A DNA stretch of 64,000 nucleotides. Origin: Phoronis australis. Its lineage: Eukaryota; Animalia; Phoronida. How positions within the stretch are numbered: position 1 is the stretch's first letter; each line of letters begins with the position of its first letter. Where the stretch lies: positions 966,284 through 1,030,283 of the forward strand of contig NMRA01000008.1 in the NCBI GenBank assembly GCA_002633005.1, given 5' to 3'. A model generated the notes under the pieces. That model saw nothing but the letters and a program-made list of their open reading frames with translations, was not told where the DNA came from and ran no database searches. Shown here piece by piece: positions 1 to 11,300 of this stretch. A program made the translations under genes and the position numbers.

Positions 1-69
1 TAGGAAAAAACATTTGGACATTACGATTGGCTGCTATTGAGAGATGCAAAAGTATCTTACTTCATCTTT

Positions 70-457
70 CTGGGCCCGGTCTCCAATCTTTTTACTCTAA
101 ATGGAACTCGAAATTAGGTTTGGCATTTTCTACTCTACTTTTGGGCGAACTCAAGATAAGTGTTTATTATTCTATGCTCGAGTACACAATAACTTACGTA
201 GATAATTTATTGCCCTTAGTTCACAGTTTGTAAACCCAATATTAAAGCAATAAGTTCAAGTTTTTACTCGAGTTTGTAACACGAATATAAGGGTCTTCAA
301 GGGCAAACTTGAACTAGAAACTCCTATGCATAAACTACAATGTATTCGAGCACAGTCTGATAACTAATTATCTTAAGTTCGCACAAAAGGAGCAGAGAAA
401 TTGCCAAAAATAGTTTCGAGCTCATTTCAAGTACAAAGATTAGAGACTGGGCCCAGA
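70..457. mobile_element. MITE family A (GGGCC...AATCTTT.TACT.GAAA TIRs, Harbinger-like)
   Basis: Left end TCTGGGCCCGGTCTCCAATCTTTTTACTCTAAATGGAACTCGAAA pairs with right end TTTCGAGCTCATTTCAAGTACAAAGATTAGAGACTGGGCCCAGA. The flanks are CTG/CAG. Confidence 0.7.
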
Positions 458-881
458 AATACCTTTGTGCTTTGCACCTACTGCAAAAACTAGTGACTTA
501 TCTGTACAATCCACAGAAGTTAGTGTTTTTAATACAGTTAAACATAACTGAAGACTTCAAAAACAAAAACATTTCATTCTCTTTTTCAACTCATTACTGA
601 ACAATTTCTTTACTACAAGTATCCAAAACAAGGAATGCAAAGAGATGCCCACACACTGATACCTGCATGTTATTTATTATTCTTTCACAGGGCCACTCTC
701 CTCCAGAGGCATCGCTGTGACGGTAAAATTTTAACCTCACCTGCCATAGCTTGTCCAGTATATATTGAAAAACGAATGAATCACATGAGAGTAAATTTTC
801 ACCTCGCCTGCCAAAGCTTGTCCAGTATATGTTGAAAAACAAATAAATCGCACAAGTCAATAGCAACTAAATTTCAATCTC

Positions 882-3871
882 TTAGGCTACTGGTTTTCCT
901 CGTCCAAATCCGGCCATTTTGAAGTTTCTGTTGGTGACGAGATATTGAGAAGTGAGTTGCAGAGCATTCTTCGACATGATGCTGGCATTGTGAGGAAGGC
1001 GCAGACCACCAGGTGTCCTGGCTTCTTCAACTGTTGTGGAGGCGTCACATTCAGTTTTCTCCTCGGCTTCTTCATCAGACACTGGGCTGGAAGCAAATTC
1101 ATGTCACAAACAGAATAACAAAGCACAACTACAGTAGATTGTTTCAGTTTGGGAAAACATTGCTGATCAGTAGAACTTAATACGACAATTTCTCAAGAAG
1201 TATACCAGAAAATTTCACTTTTTTTCAGAAAGGTTCTTCCATTACCGATGCCATCGAAGAGCATGCGGTAAAGTTTTTTAGTATTTACAGCAATATACAG
1301 TTCACGTCAAGAGTAATCATAAAATGACCCGCTTTAATAAATATACCATTCGTACCAAGAAATGACCCGGAATTCCGCTCATGACAGCTAGACAGATCCT
1401 GAATTCATTATCAGATTAGCTTCGCTCATGACCGAGAATGAAGGGGAATTAATGGGAAAATTAGCCAAGAGTCTAAGCCATTATGGAACAAAAAATTGAC
1501 GTTATAACAATCACTACCTATCATATTTGCTGTTGACACAATTGGCTGTAATGTCATGACGGAAAAGCCATTATATTATTTTGAAAATTTAAGCATTGAA
1601 AAGTTCCTATTACTGCACTGCAAACGGTGTGCTTCTAGGATTGTTTGTTAATATTATGAAAATGGCCGCTAGGTGGCACAGAATACATTGAACTGTCCAA
1701 AATGAAGGCATCATTACTTAATTCCATAAAATCCATCAAGGAACTCCAAAGGTACAGATGCAAAAGTTACCACAAAATGAATTGGCACTAACAGGGTACA
1801 GCAGTAATTGGACCCTCCCGAAAGAAGTAATCAGTTGTTATCATAATCATAGAGTGCATGTGTGTGGGTGGGTGGGTGCATGTGGGTGGGTGCGTGTGTG
1901 CGGGTGGGTGTGAGCGTGCTTGTGTGGGTGGGTGGGTGTTTGCAACATTTTAAAAGTAATTCCTACAAGCGATCTGGAGAATTGTGCATGACAAACAGTA
2001 TTTGAAACTCATTTGAATCAGAATTATCAGAACAGCCATCAGCAAATTTGGATTCTTTTCTGGGGCAACACATAACCATAACATTCACGGCTACACATAA
2101 CCATAACATTCACGGCTACACATAACCATAACATTCACGGCTACACATAACCATAACATTCACGGCTACACATAACCATAACATTCACGGCTACACATAA
2201 CCATAACATTCACGGCTACACATAACCATAACATTCAACAAGGTTAAGACACAGCTTACAGTCCAAGGGCTCTTTTCTTCAGCTTTTCTGTGTACTTGCG
2301 TTTCTCAGCAGGAGTCATGCCCACCAGTTGACGGAAAGTTTTTGGTTGATCAAAAGCACTTCGGTCCACACCAATTCTCGGCCATGTGACAGACTCTGAA
2401 AATGGCAAAGAATTTTGTTTCTCAGTGATTACAAAACTGTAAATGCTTAATTGTCTGAAAAAAGAAGGCATTTCTTGCCTAACGTAAACCTTAACTTTAA
2501 ATTTTAGCTTAGAGTGGTGGAGACCTTTCAATGCTAATTGAAAAATTAAAAGTTATTATTTTTGTCATGAATATATGTCAAAGTTTTTTCCAGTACTGCA
2601 AGTTAGCATCGTAACTATATATTTGTCTATTTACAATTAAACTATCACCAAAATGATTTTCGTTTGGTCCATAGTGTAAACACATAAAGTTAAACCTGCT
2701 TCTGCAGCTTGAATCATCATTGGTAGTATAGCATACTGGCACCGGTTCTTTAATAAACGGCGGGTCTCGAATAAGTCGGCTAAAAGCCAGTTAAAAACAC
2801 CATTGTTAGATAAGTGCCGGGTCTCAAATAAGTGACGGGAACGGTAATTCAAGAGAAATTAAAACAACTTCAATCACAATTCACTGTTTTATAGGATAGT
2901 CCAGAAGTCAACTTAATGCTTGGACATTAATGAATAGATGCATTGCAAGTGCTAAAAATCATGGACGACGAAATAATTTTATTAAAAACGCATATAACAA
3001 GCAGAAGCCAGTGTCACACTGATATGGTTGACAACTGAAGCGAACACGATTAAAAACGATGTTTATTAAGGAACACTTATCAAACACACCATGTAGTTGG
3101 TAACAACAATCAACAAATGTGAGTGGGCAGTCTGCAAACTTGGCCTTGTTGAATAAGCGCCGGGTTTTAAATAAGTACCGGTTTGAAATAAGCACCCAGT
3201 CAAAAAATGTGTTAGAAAAAATAACCGCCTCGGCGCTAACACGCGGCACTAAGGTATTCTGATTTGAAGCTGCCTTTTTCACTCCACTTTTACGTTAGGA
3301 CTCCATAAAGTTTGCTATGATTATTTCACAAGCACTTTTTGCCTCGGACATCACAAGAAGTAACTGTATCACTACGCAAAACACAATCTGCAACCATATC
3401 AATTTGGGAGACAACAGGCCATTCACAATGCACACAGTGCAAGCCAAAAGCAATCAGACAAATGACCTGGAACTACCCGTTCGGAAGTCGAATTTGTCGT
3501 CGGAGCAGTCTTCTCTCATGACTGAGAATAAAATGGAATTAACAGGAAAGTGAGTAAGGTGGCCAAACCATTCTATTAAATTAGAATTGTGCCACCCTTA
3601 GTTAAAACTGGTAATTTTTCCTGTTAACATAATTAGCCGTTATGACAAGAAAATGGTATTTTGTCTCTGATTGCCTTAGTTTGGTACGGTATGTTGTCAA
3701 GCTCCGAGTCATTACTCACCATTCTCCCAGTCTTCCTTACTACATGGCACAACCCACGGCTTGTAAGCTGGTACAGAGGTGTTTCCACGGAAACGCTGGC
3801 CTTCTTCACCACCTAAAACATTTGGATGACAGGTGAGAGAAGAGCGAGAGCGGGAGAGGGAGAGGGAGAGG

Positions 3872-3902
<31 letters not shown>

Positions 3903-6900
3903 GGAGAGAGAGAGAGAGAGAGTGAGAGAGAGGGAAAACTTGGAGTTCAAAGTCAGGTCAAACAAGAACATGATGCAACAAAGAACCATTCATCTCCAAT
4001 AATAATATGACATGATAGCTACCTATCAGCTGCACTAATTTCATTGAGCATTCAAGTTTTTTAGTGTATCCTGAACTTTTATCGAAGCACTCAGCAGGAA
4101 CTCCTTTGGACTCGAAATTTAAGTTGAAATTATTTTTGACATTTTCTATAATCTTCCTTTCTGCAAACTCTAGATAAGTGACTGTCTATTATTTCATGCT
4201 CCAGTAAATAATGTCTTGTGTTAGTAACTGACTAATCTTAGTATGCACTCGACAACTCCAAATTAAGGCTAAAGCAACACCTTTTACTTGAAATCTCAAA
4301 TATTTATGCGAGTTGGTAGCTCAAATCTTGGGGAAAAAATGCAAACTTGGACTAGACTGTACTTGAGCGGAGAATAATAGACAAGTATCTTGAGTTCGCA
4401 CAAAAGTAACCTTTGTAATGACCTTCCCATTACTGACCTCCTCGATACACTTTGTTGGTGCAACCACGTTAGAAGGTGTCTGTGCTTTTCATTTAAACCT
4501 TATGGTGTACACATAATCTTTACACACCAAATTATCGCACTACTAAATTCAAAGCAGTCAAAGATTCTGACAATTGCAGCACTAGAGCAGCCTGGTGCCA
4601 GATAAACCTAACGACAACTGCAGCAAAAGAATTTTGCCTACAGATTGAGGAGCTATCGTTTACAACCGGCTGGTAACTGCTGTTACGAACGCGCCCAATG
4701 GCCACAGAAATACCGGAACTTTGTGCACATTTCGCGACTGTAGGCCTCAGCTCATCATTATTTTACTCAATTGTGTCTTATTTATTCATATAACTCTACA
4801 TGCATATTAACAAATTTTTATACCTAATTTATTTTATTTCAATTATTAATATTTTCAATCTAATTGTACAAATCTCTCTATATTTTGCTTTATGTAATTA
4901 TTTCCAACCGGGCCCACTTAAAAATCAATGTATTCACTGATCTGGTCACCCAGCCTTTTAAAGAAGTTTAACTAAATAAATAAATAAACCGCCAATGATG
5001 TCTTAAGATTATGTAGGACCCTAGAAAATTGTGTCTCAATGATCGCTTATTGCATTCATATAAAATTTTGGGATACACTTTTTCCTAAATACTGCAATCA
5101 TTTTTCAAATGATCCACTTCTGCATGAGGGGCTATGAAAATAAAGGACTTTAAATGATTTCCACAAAAAATCTAAAGCTGTATAAAATGAAGATTGAATA
5201 TTCAAAACATTCTAACAGAGTGTTTTTGAGACCTCGATCATCTTGAACATTTATATCAAATAGAATTGATCAAGTTATTGATACCGTAGTTTCACTATCG
5301 ATGTACATTTCTTTTTCGCTAATTTTTAAAAAGACATGGTCACGTGACCCAATTAATGACAAATTGGGTGAAAATAAAAAGACCGAAGTTTAGAGGCTCT
5401 CTACTTTCAGAAAATGAACGCGTTTACTGAGCTAAAATCTATAGTTTAGTAGAAATTAGTCTAATTATGCAGACTTATCAATAAGATCTTTATAGGTCTT
5501 GTCAGCACGCCATCTGTTTGCCACATGACGTGACCTAATGAATATCAGTCTGAAAAGACGCCAACAGATGGCATGCTGACAAGACTTAAAATGTTTGCAA
5601 CACATTTTCCACGCCATATTAAGATATATAATTTTAAGATGGCTGGAGCCAGTACAGAGTCCACGGCAGCTCTCTGATTACATGTTAAGAAATAAGGAAA
5701 TGGATGTGAATACCTTGCTGGTAGACGTCCCTCTCAATGACATGTCTGAATTCACATCTGGCCATGTGATGGCGCAGCTCTGGCTTGGGTAGCTCATGTC
5801 TAGCATTGAACGGGCAAACCACGTACTCTTTTCCAGTCCAGTTCTAAAGAAACAATCCATTCAGACAATTGTATATCATGTAACTAAAATACAGAACAGC
5901 CTAGAATCCTCCCTTTTATCAATATAAAAAAGTACTTTTAATATACGGTAGTTAATTTACACAGGAATCACAAGGTGACAAGTTATATCACATTGTACAA
6001 TTAGCTTGGCTGACAATATCAAGTCCTGCAGACAACTGATTTTCTGTGGCAGCATTTGTGCAACATAAAAATGAAGAACGTCGCTTGGTCTACAACTGTA
6101 ACCTTGCCAGGTTTTTATAGGCTAAGGAGTAAGCTACTAAATGGCAATGTTACATGCCTACAAATATAGTGTATGGTGACAAATGGAAAAGTCTGTCCGT
6201 TTTCTTGAAAACTTCCTTCACAAAGCACCTGATTATCTACAACAGTTTTAGCTCAAGTGTAATTGTGGAATGGTTCCAAATATGAGGCCTGTGCACATCT
6301 GATGCACCACAAAGACATGAGACCACCTACACTTTTTTAACCTTGCACACTGTAGACACTAGCAACTAGCAGTTGAAAACAGAATGAAAACATTGTGAAC
6401 CGATTTCAAGCCAGTATATGTAATTAATTACTATTTAGAAATGAAAAACAGCATTAGAACCACAGCCATTATAAATCTACGATGCTTTGTATTTTGTCAA
6501 AAGATGTAAAAGAACTCCGAGTACAAACCCATGGCATCTTCATTAAAGCTGATCTGAATTTCTTTTTTGTGTGAAGCAGAGCAATTGTTAAATCAGTAAT
6601 GTCTTCTGCGGCAACTTTTTGAAGTGTGATTGGTAACGCTAGACAAAGACTTAGCATTGAATAGCAAATTAGCCATAAAAACGCCTTCCGACACAAAAAC
6701 CATCTTTTGATTAATGGACCACTGAGTAAGGAACAAGTTGAGATCAATTTATAGCAGTAAGTGGTTGAACACGAATAAGTGGTTTTCACCTCATAAAAAA
6801 TGTATTTTACACTTAAAATGCACTTAAAAAAGCTTAAGTTCTTCAGTGATCCTTTCTGATTCTGAACATATCTGCGGTGAAGCATGCCAAGGGGAATTAA

Positions 6901-7967
6901 GATGACTTTTACCAAGAATTCAAAAACTTCATTTGTGGTTGCTGTTTACCTTTTAACCGCGTATGATAACCACAAAGTATTTCAGTTGACATCACGTGAG
7001 TAAGGCAAGGACAAAAGCAAAGCGCATGACACTTACAAAAAGTAGCGTGGGAAGATATCCCTTGACTTTATATTTGTCAATTAAACTGGCCTGATTTCGC
7101 ACAACTTTCCTCAAAATGGCACACGGTGAGGGAAGCTTGAGTGAACTGGGACAGATTTTCATGGATGTGTTCAAATTTTGTTGACTACTAGTAAATTGTT
7201 ACCATAATATTGGTATGTGTTAATTATAATTGAGTGCGTATATGCATGTTTCATTCGATCCTATTTGTCACTAAGTAACTTTGATGTGTCCACCTACCAC
7301 GTACACTAAGCAATGTAATTGCCTATATAGCTATAATTACCCACGGCAGTGACCACCACCTCTAGCTAGCTCAACAGAAGCAGTGAAGATCCAATTTTTG
7401 CCGCGTCGGCCAGGAGCACACGCGGCGTTAAAAATGGCCAGTTTCCGATTTGGGCAACTGAACGAAAGATTACTGGAAGCAAAAAATGATTACGGGAGTA
7501 TTTGTTCGAGTTTGAGCGAATTAAAACCATCAGCAAGATTCCTAAACTGTCCCTCTATGAGCAAAAGGTATTTATAATAACGTCAGCGTGAGACATAATT
7601 TGCTGAAAAGCTTCCATGCAGGCCCGGCTAGTTGGAGACGGTGGTCACGACAACCGTGCATCTAGTCAATTTTCTAGATCCTCAAAATGGTTATGGTGCC
7701 AAGGGCTGACCTGAGCGCCCTGTGAATGTTTGGTACGGCATGTACCAGACTGCCAGCAATCATTTGTTTTACCCAATGTCCCAATGGGTTCATCAGCCAC
7801 TCGACGAAATGCAAACTGTTGGGTGATTTACAACGACTTTAAATTGTGCGTCTTCTCACCTTCCTGCACTTCATCAGGTGATAAGGGAATCTCTTAGCAC
7901 GTACCATGTGCGTGTTGTCGTAAGGACACTCCATGTGATCCTCACCATCAACAACAGACAAAGACAT
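882..7967 (-). CDS. GTSF1: Gametocyte-specific factor 1 (GTSF1/Asterix)-like CHHC zinc-finger piRNA pathway protein, 5 coding exons, 223 aa
   Basis: Exons on minus strand: 7860-7967 ([36 protein letters not shown]), 5714-5843 ([43 protein letters not shown]), 3720-3812 ([31 protein letters not shown]), 2260-2395 ([46 protein letters not shown]), 882-1086 ([10 protein letters not shown]...GFGRGKPVA*). All introns are GT-AG with compatible phases (0,1,1,2); total 672 nt. Two tandem U11-48K-type CHHC fingers (CPYD..H....H...C and CPFNARH.....H...C) followed by an EDW motif are diagnostic of the GTSF1 family. Confidence 0.93.
1855..1940. repeat. GT/GGGT low-complexity microsatellite
   Basis: Directly visible. 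Confidence 0.85.
2068..2237. repeat. 25-bp minisatellite, ~6.8 identical copies (ACACATAACCATAACATTCACGGCT)
   Basis: Copies start at 2068, 2093, 2118, 2143, 2168, 2193 and 2218 (partial); located in GTSF1 intron 4. Confidence 0.95.
3835..3935. repeat. (GA)n microsatellite
   Basis: Directly visible. It reads as a polypyrimidine tract on the GTSF1 sense strand just upstream of the exon 3 acceptor. Confidence 0.9.
4075..4410. repeat. Degenerate copy of MITE family A interior
   Basis: GCAAACTTGGACTAGA (4341) and TATCTTGAGTTCGCACAAAAG (4386) match 303-318 and 370-390. Confidence 0.45.
7020..7260. repeat. Dispersed repeat, homologous to 57430-57690
   Basis: Colinear shared blocks TGACACTT.CAAAA, TGATTTC.C..AACTT.CCTCAAAATGGC, TTTTCATG.AT.TG.TCAA and GGTATGTGTTA.TTATAA...ATATGCATGTTTCATT.GAT. 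Confidence 0.6.
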
Positions 7968-8333
7968 TATCTGAAAAAATTGCACAGTGAACGTTGACAC
8001 CAAGTATAACAATACAGTACAGCAAAAATACATGCAACAATTCAAATGTCAGCACTGGTTCCCGCTGTCATATAATCGAAATCAATTTAGACCTTGTTTC
8101 AGTTAAAGACGCAACAAAATTGTGACAACTCAAAGTGATTAATGGGATATTTATAGGGAAACTTTCGAATCCCGTTACGTTTTCAGATCACGACAGCCAA
8201 CAGGGTCACTTCACGTGTTGTGTCAAAACATGTGCTTTATTACCTCCACTTCATAAGAGCTCCGCCATTTCCGTTTCCAAGAAAACAGAGGGCTTACCAA
8301 AAGCACAGATGATTTAACGTGGGGGAATTTCCA
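7968..8333. promoter_or_regulatory. Bidirectional promoter region shared by GTSF1-like and EPSTI1-like genes
   Basis: Only 366 bp separate the divergent start codons (7967 minus, 8334 plus). GTSF1 has an acceptor at 7970/7971 and a candidate UTR-exon donor near 8092. The region has CACGTG at ~8212 and YY1-like CCGCCATTT at ~8262, and is locally CpG-rich. Confidence 0.6.
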
Positions 8334-11300
8334 ATGACTACACCAAGCCGTCCTGCGAGAACGCAGAATCCTCGAGGCAGAGGTCAAAGCAGGACGCAGC
8401 CAACGATGCAGAACCCAAATGACTTCAATCCAGGCAGACGTGGGGAGTATGGTGGTGGTTACGACGCGGCCGCGAATTCTCCTCAAAGTCAAAGACCAAG
8501 ACAGGGATATGGAGATTTTGAGTCTGGTGCAAGACCTAAGCAGGACAATGACGAGTCGTAAATATTGAATTTAATTTAGTCATGGGCTCTAATATTTCTA
8601 CTTGAAACCGCACTCAACATTATCTTGGCATTTTCTGTTGCAATGCAATTACGGTTTATGCACGTGAGTTTCTAGTCCAAGTTTGCACTTGATGACCCTT
8701 ACATGCGTGTTGTACAAACTAGTAAAAACTCAAAAATGAGTTTATACACACGAATTTTAGCCTTAATGCTGTAGTCATCTAGTGCAAAATGGAATTAAAA
8801 AGTTATCCACTGGAGGCATTTGCGTACTTGAGCATAATAAGACTCAAATCTTGAATTTGGTGCACAAAAGTGGAATAGAAACCACCAAACATAATTTTGA
8901 GTGTCGTTTCGAGTAAAAAGATTTGATCCCGGACCCTGTACTATTTGGGTGAGAAAAATAGTGGTGGAGTACTCAAAAGGGTTAATCTGCACTCAGTAGT
9001 CATGAATGATAGGTTGCTTTTAAACATTCTGCTGATGGCAGGGGCGGATCCAGGATTTTGAGTTAGGGGGGCCAGGGCACGGGAATAACCAGAATTTCGT
9101 CAGATGTGCGCGCCCAGGCTAAATTGTGGGGACGCAGAGGCCTCAAATGCGGACCTGTTGACTAAAAAAAACGTAAACGGGGTTTGTTCAGTTTGTTCAG
9201 GGCCTATGCGTTGTTTATTCACCCCCGACGAGCCCCTGCTTGCGCACACCTGAACTCCCAAATGGTATCTGGTAGAATTTTAGGGGAGCCATGGCCCTCT
9301 TGCCCCCCCCCCTTAAATCTGCCAGTGGATGGGGGCTGGAGATCACAGCAGAATTGGCTGATAGAAAGTATCTTCAATTCAGTAGAAACCAATCACCCTG
9401 ACCTGGATAAGCTCGAACAATAGTTTATGTCTCTCTGATGCTGGGCATGTGATGCCATTGGGTGACAAAGTGAAATTTACCTGTAATGTGTTTGGTAATG
9501 ACCTCTGAGGACTCCATTCATCCACTAGCATTGACAAATCCCCATGGGTAACTTGCCAGGTGATAGTTACATGTATTCCCGGTGCCTGGGTATAACTTTC
9601 AAGTGAAACTAAAATCAGAAAGCCCAACGAGTTGCCGACAGATTTACCAGCTGTCAATAAGCTATGCCCTTTTTTGATGGTCTTTATTATTTTCCTCTTG
9701 AATTTAAGTTAAATTCAATTCCATTCTCCAGGATAGTTTACTTGGCCAATTGTTAAAGATTGATTGTTCACAGCTGTGTTTTCTTACAATTAAGGTCACA
9801 ACTTTTTTGTTCAGAAGAGTAACCTGGAATTTTGCATTTAAGACAAAATGAAAGCGAGATAATTTCCGCTTGGCACTACAATCATCATATCCAATCTATT
9901 ATTATAATAGAACGAAGCTAACGACGCAACAAATGATGTTCTTGAGCAACATTTCGATTTAATAGCTATTTTTTATTCACAGGTAAGTTCCTTTTTCATC
10001 CTAATTGTTTGGTGTACTAACTGTCGTTTATTTTATCAACCAAAAAGTAAATCGGGTTGGGCTGTTCCATTATATATTATTATGGGGATAATCGGCCGTG
10101 TGCCTACTAGCATGTATGACATCCCCAAGGGATGTATTTCCTACAAGGTCAAATCATGGGAGCCTATTGGCTAATTCATCCCAAAAACATCCCCTTGCTG
10201 GTGAATGAAACATATTCTGCTCTCAATTTAGTCTTGAAAGTGATAAAAATGGCTGACAAGTGAAATTTTATGTTGTTATAATTTTTTTCAATGTAACATA
10301 TATACTAACATCAAATTAAATTCTTTCCCGTGCTCCAATTTAGTACCATAACTACCATCAGACAATTTTGAAAAATTTTGGACGATTCACAATAAAGGAC
10401 CTCTTGAAAAATCGAAAGGGGCATTTTTGGCAACTATTTTTTCCCAAATTTGGTGAGGTTTTACCATAGTGTTTGTGACTTTCACAAATAATCGGAGTAT
10501 ACATGAAATCTTCTATGATTATGATTATGAATAATTGTGTACTTGTTGTAGTTACAAGCCATACACTGTGATAGCACCCAATGAAAAGAAGCGACAACAG
10601 GTCACAAGACGTAAGTGATTTTATATTTTTCAAGTGATGACCTGAGCTGCTACTGTAGTGTATGAGAATGAGCTTAAGAAATATTATACACAGTACGTAT
10701 TCATTGTTAAAGGTTCCTTTCAGGCTTGCAGATAATTTGCACATTTTCTAATCATTCCTCTGTTGAATTAAAAATGCTATTTTGTGGTTGTAGGAAACCA
10801 TAAAATAGTTAGTTTGGTACCATTCAGCTCTTTTGTAGAAAATTGAACACAATTCAAATCAGTCATCTTTTTAACAATTAAACGCCAAGTGTGCCAAACA
10901 TTATTAAGTGTTAGCTTTTTAGGGAAAGTGACCTTTGGATATCCTTTTGCCGCATATTTATGAACAACTGTCCAGGGCTTAAAGTCCATTAAAATTATCC
11001 TTTGAATTGGGGAATTAAGTAAGCTATTCGATTTTTTAGTATCGGTGCCATTTTGACATTTTGTACACAGTCAAGTGAAATTAAAATTTCAACTTTGAAA
11101 ACAGTAATAATAGTTAAGCTAGATTTACGTAGTGCTGTAAATTATTGAATACTTTGAAAACTATTACTGGGGTATGAACCTCATCAATTTTACTCCTTCT
11201 CAACACCTGGAAGCATACAATGGGTGCAACCATTGTCGGAGCACACTAATTAATCTAAACATGCAATTTTTGTAAAAAAATTCAGTTGCTAAGATATCCC

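Noticed and set aside
2740-3256. Repeated AATAAGCGCCGG-like motifs ending in ACGGTA/AAGGTA
   Set aside because: Probably pogo/Tc1-type MITE ends, but I could not find matching opposite termini, so no boundaries are claimed.
6469-6915. 148-aa ORF in GTSF1 intron 1 (likewise the 153-aa ORF 15939-16400 and 128-aa ORF 10358-10744)
   Set aside because: No recognisable domain. They overlap repeats, introns or the antisense of real exons, as expected for chance ORFs.
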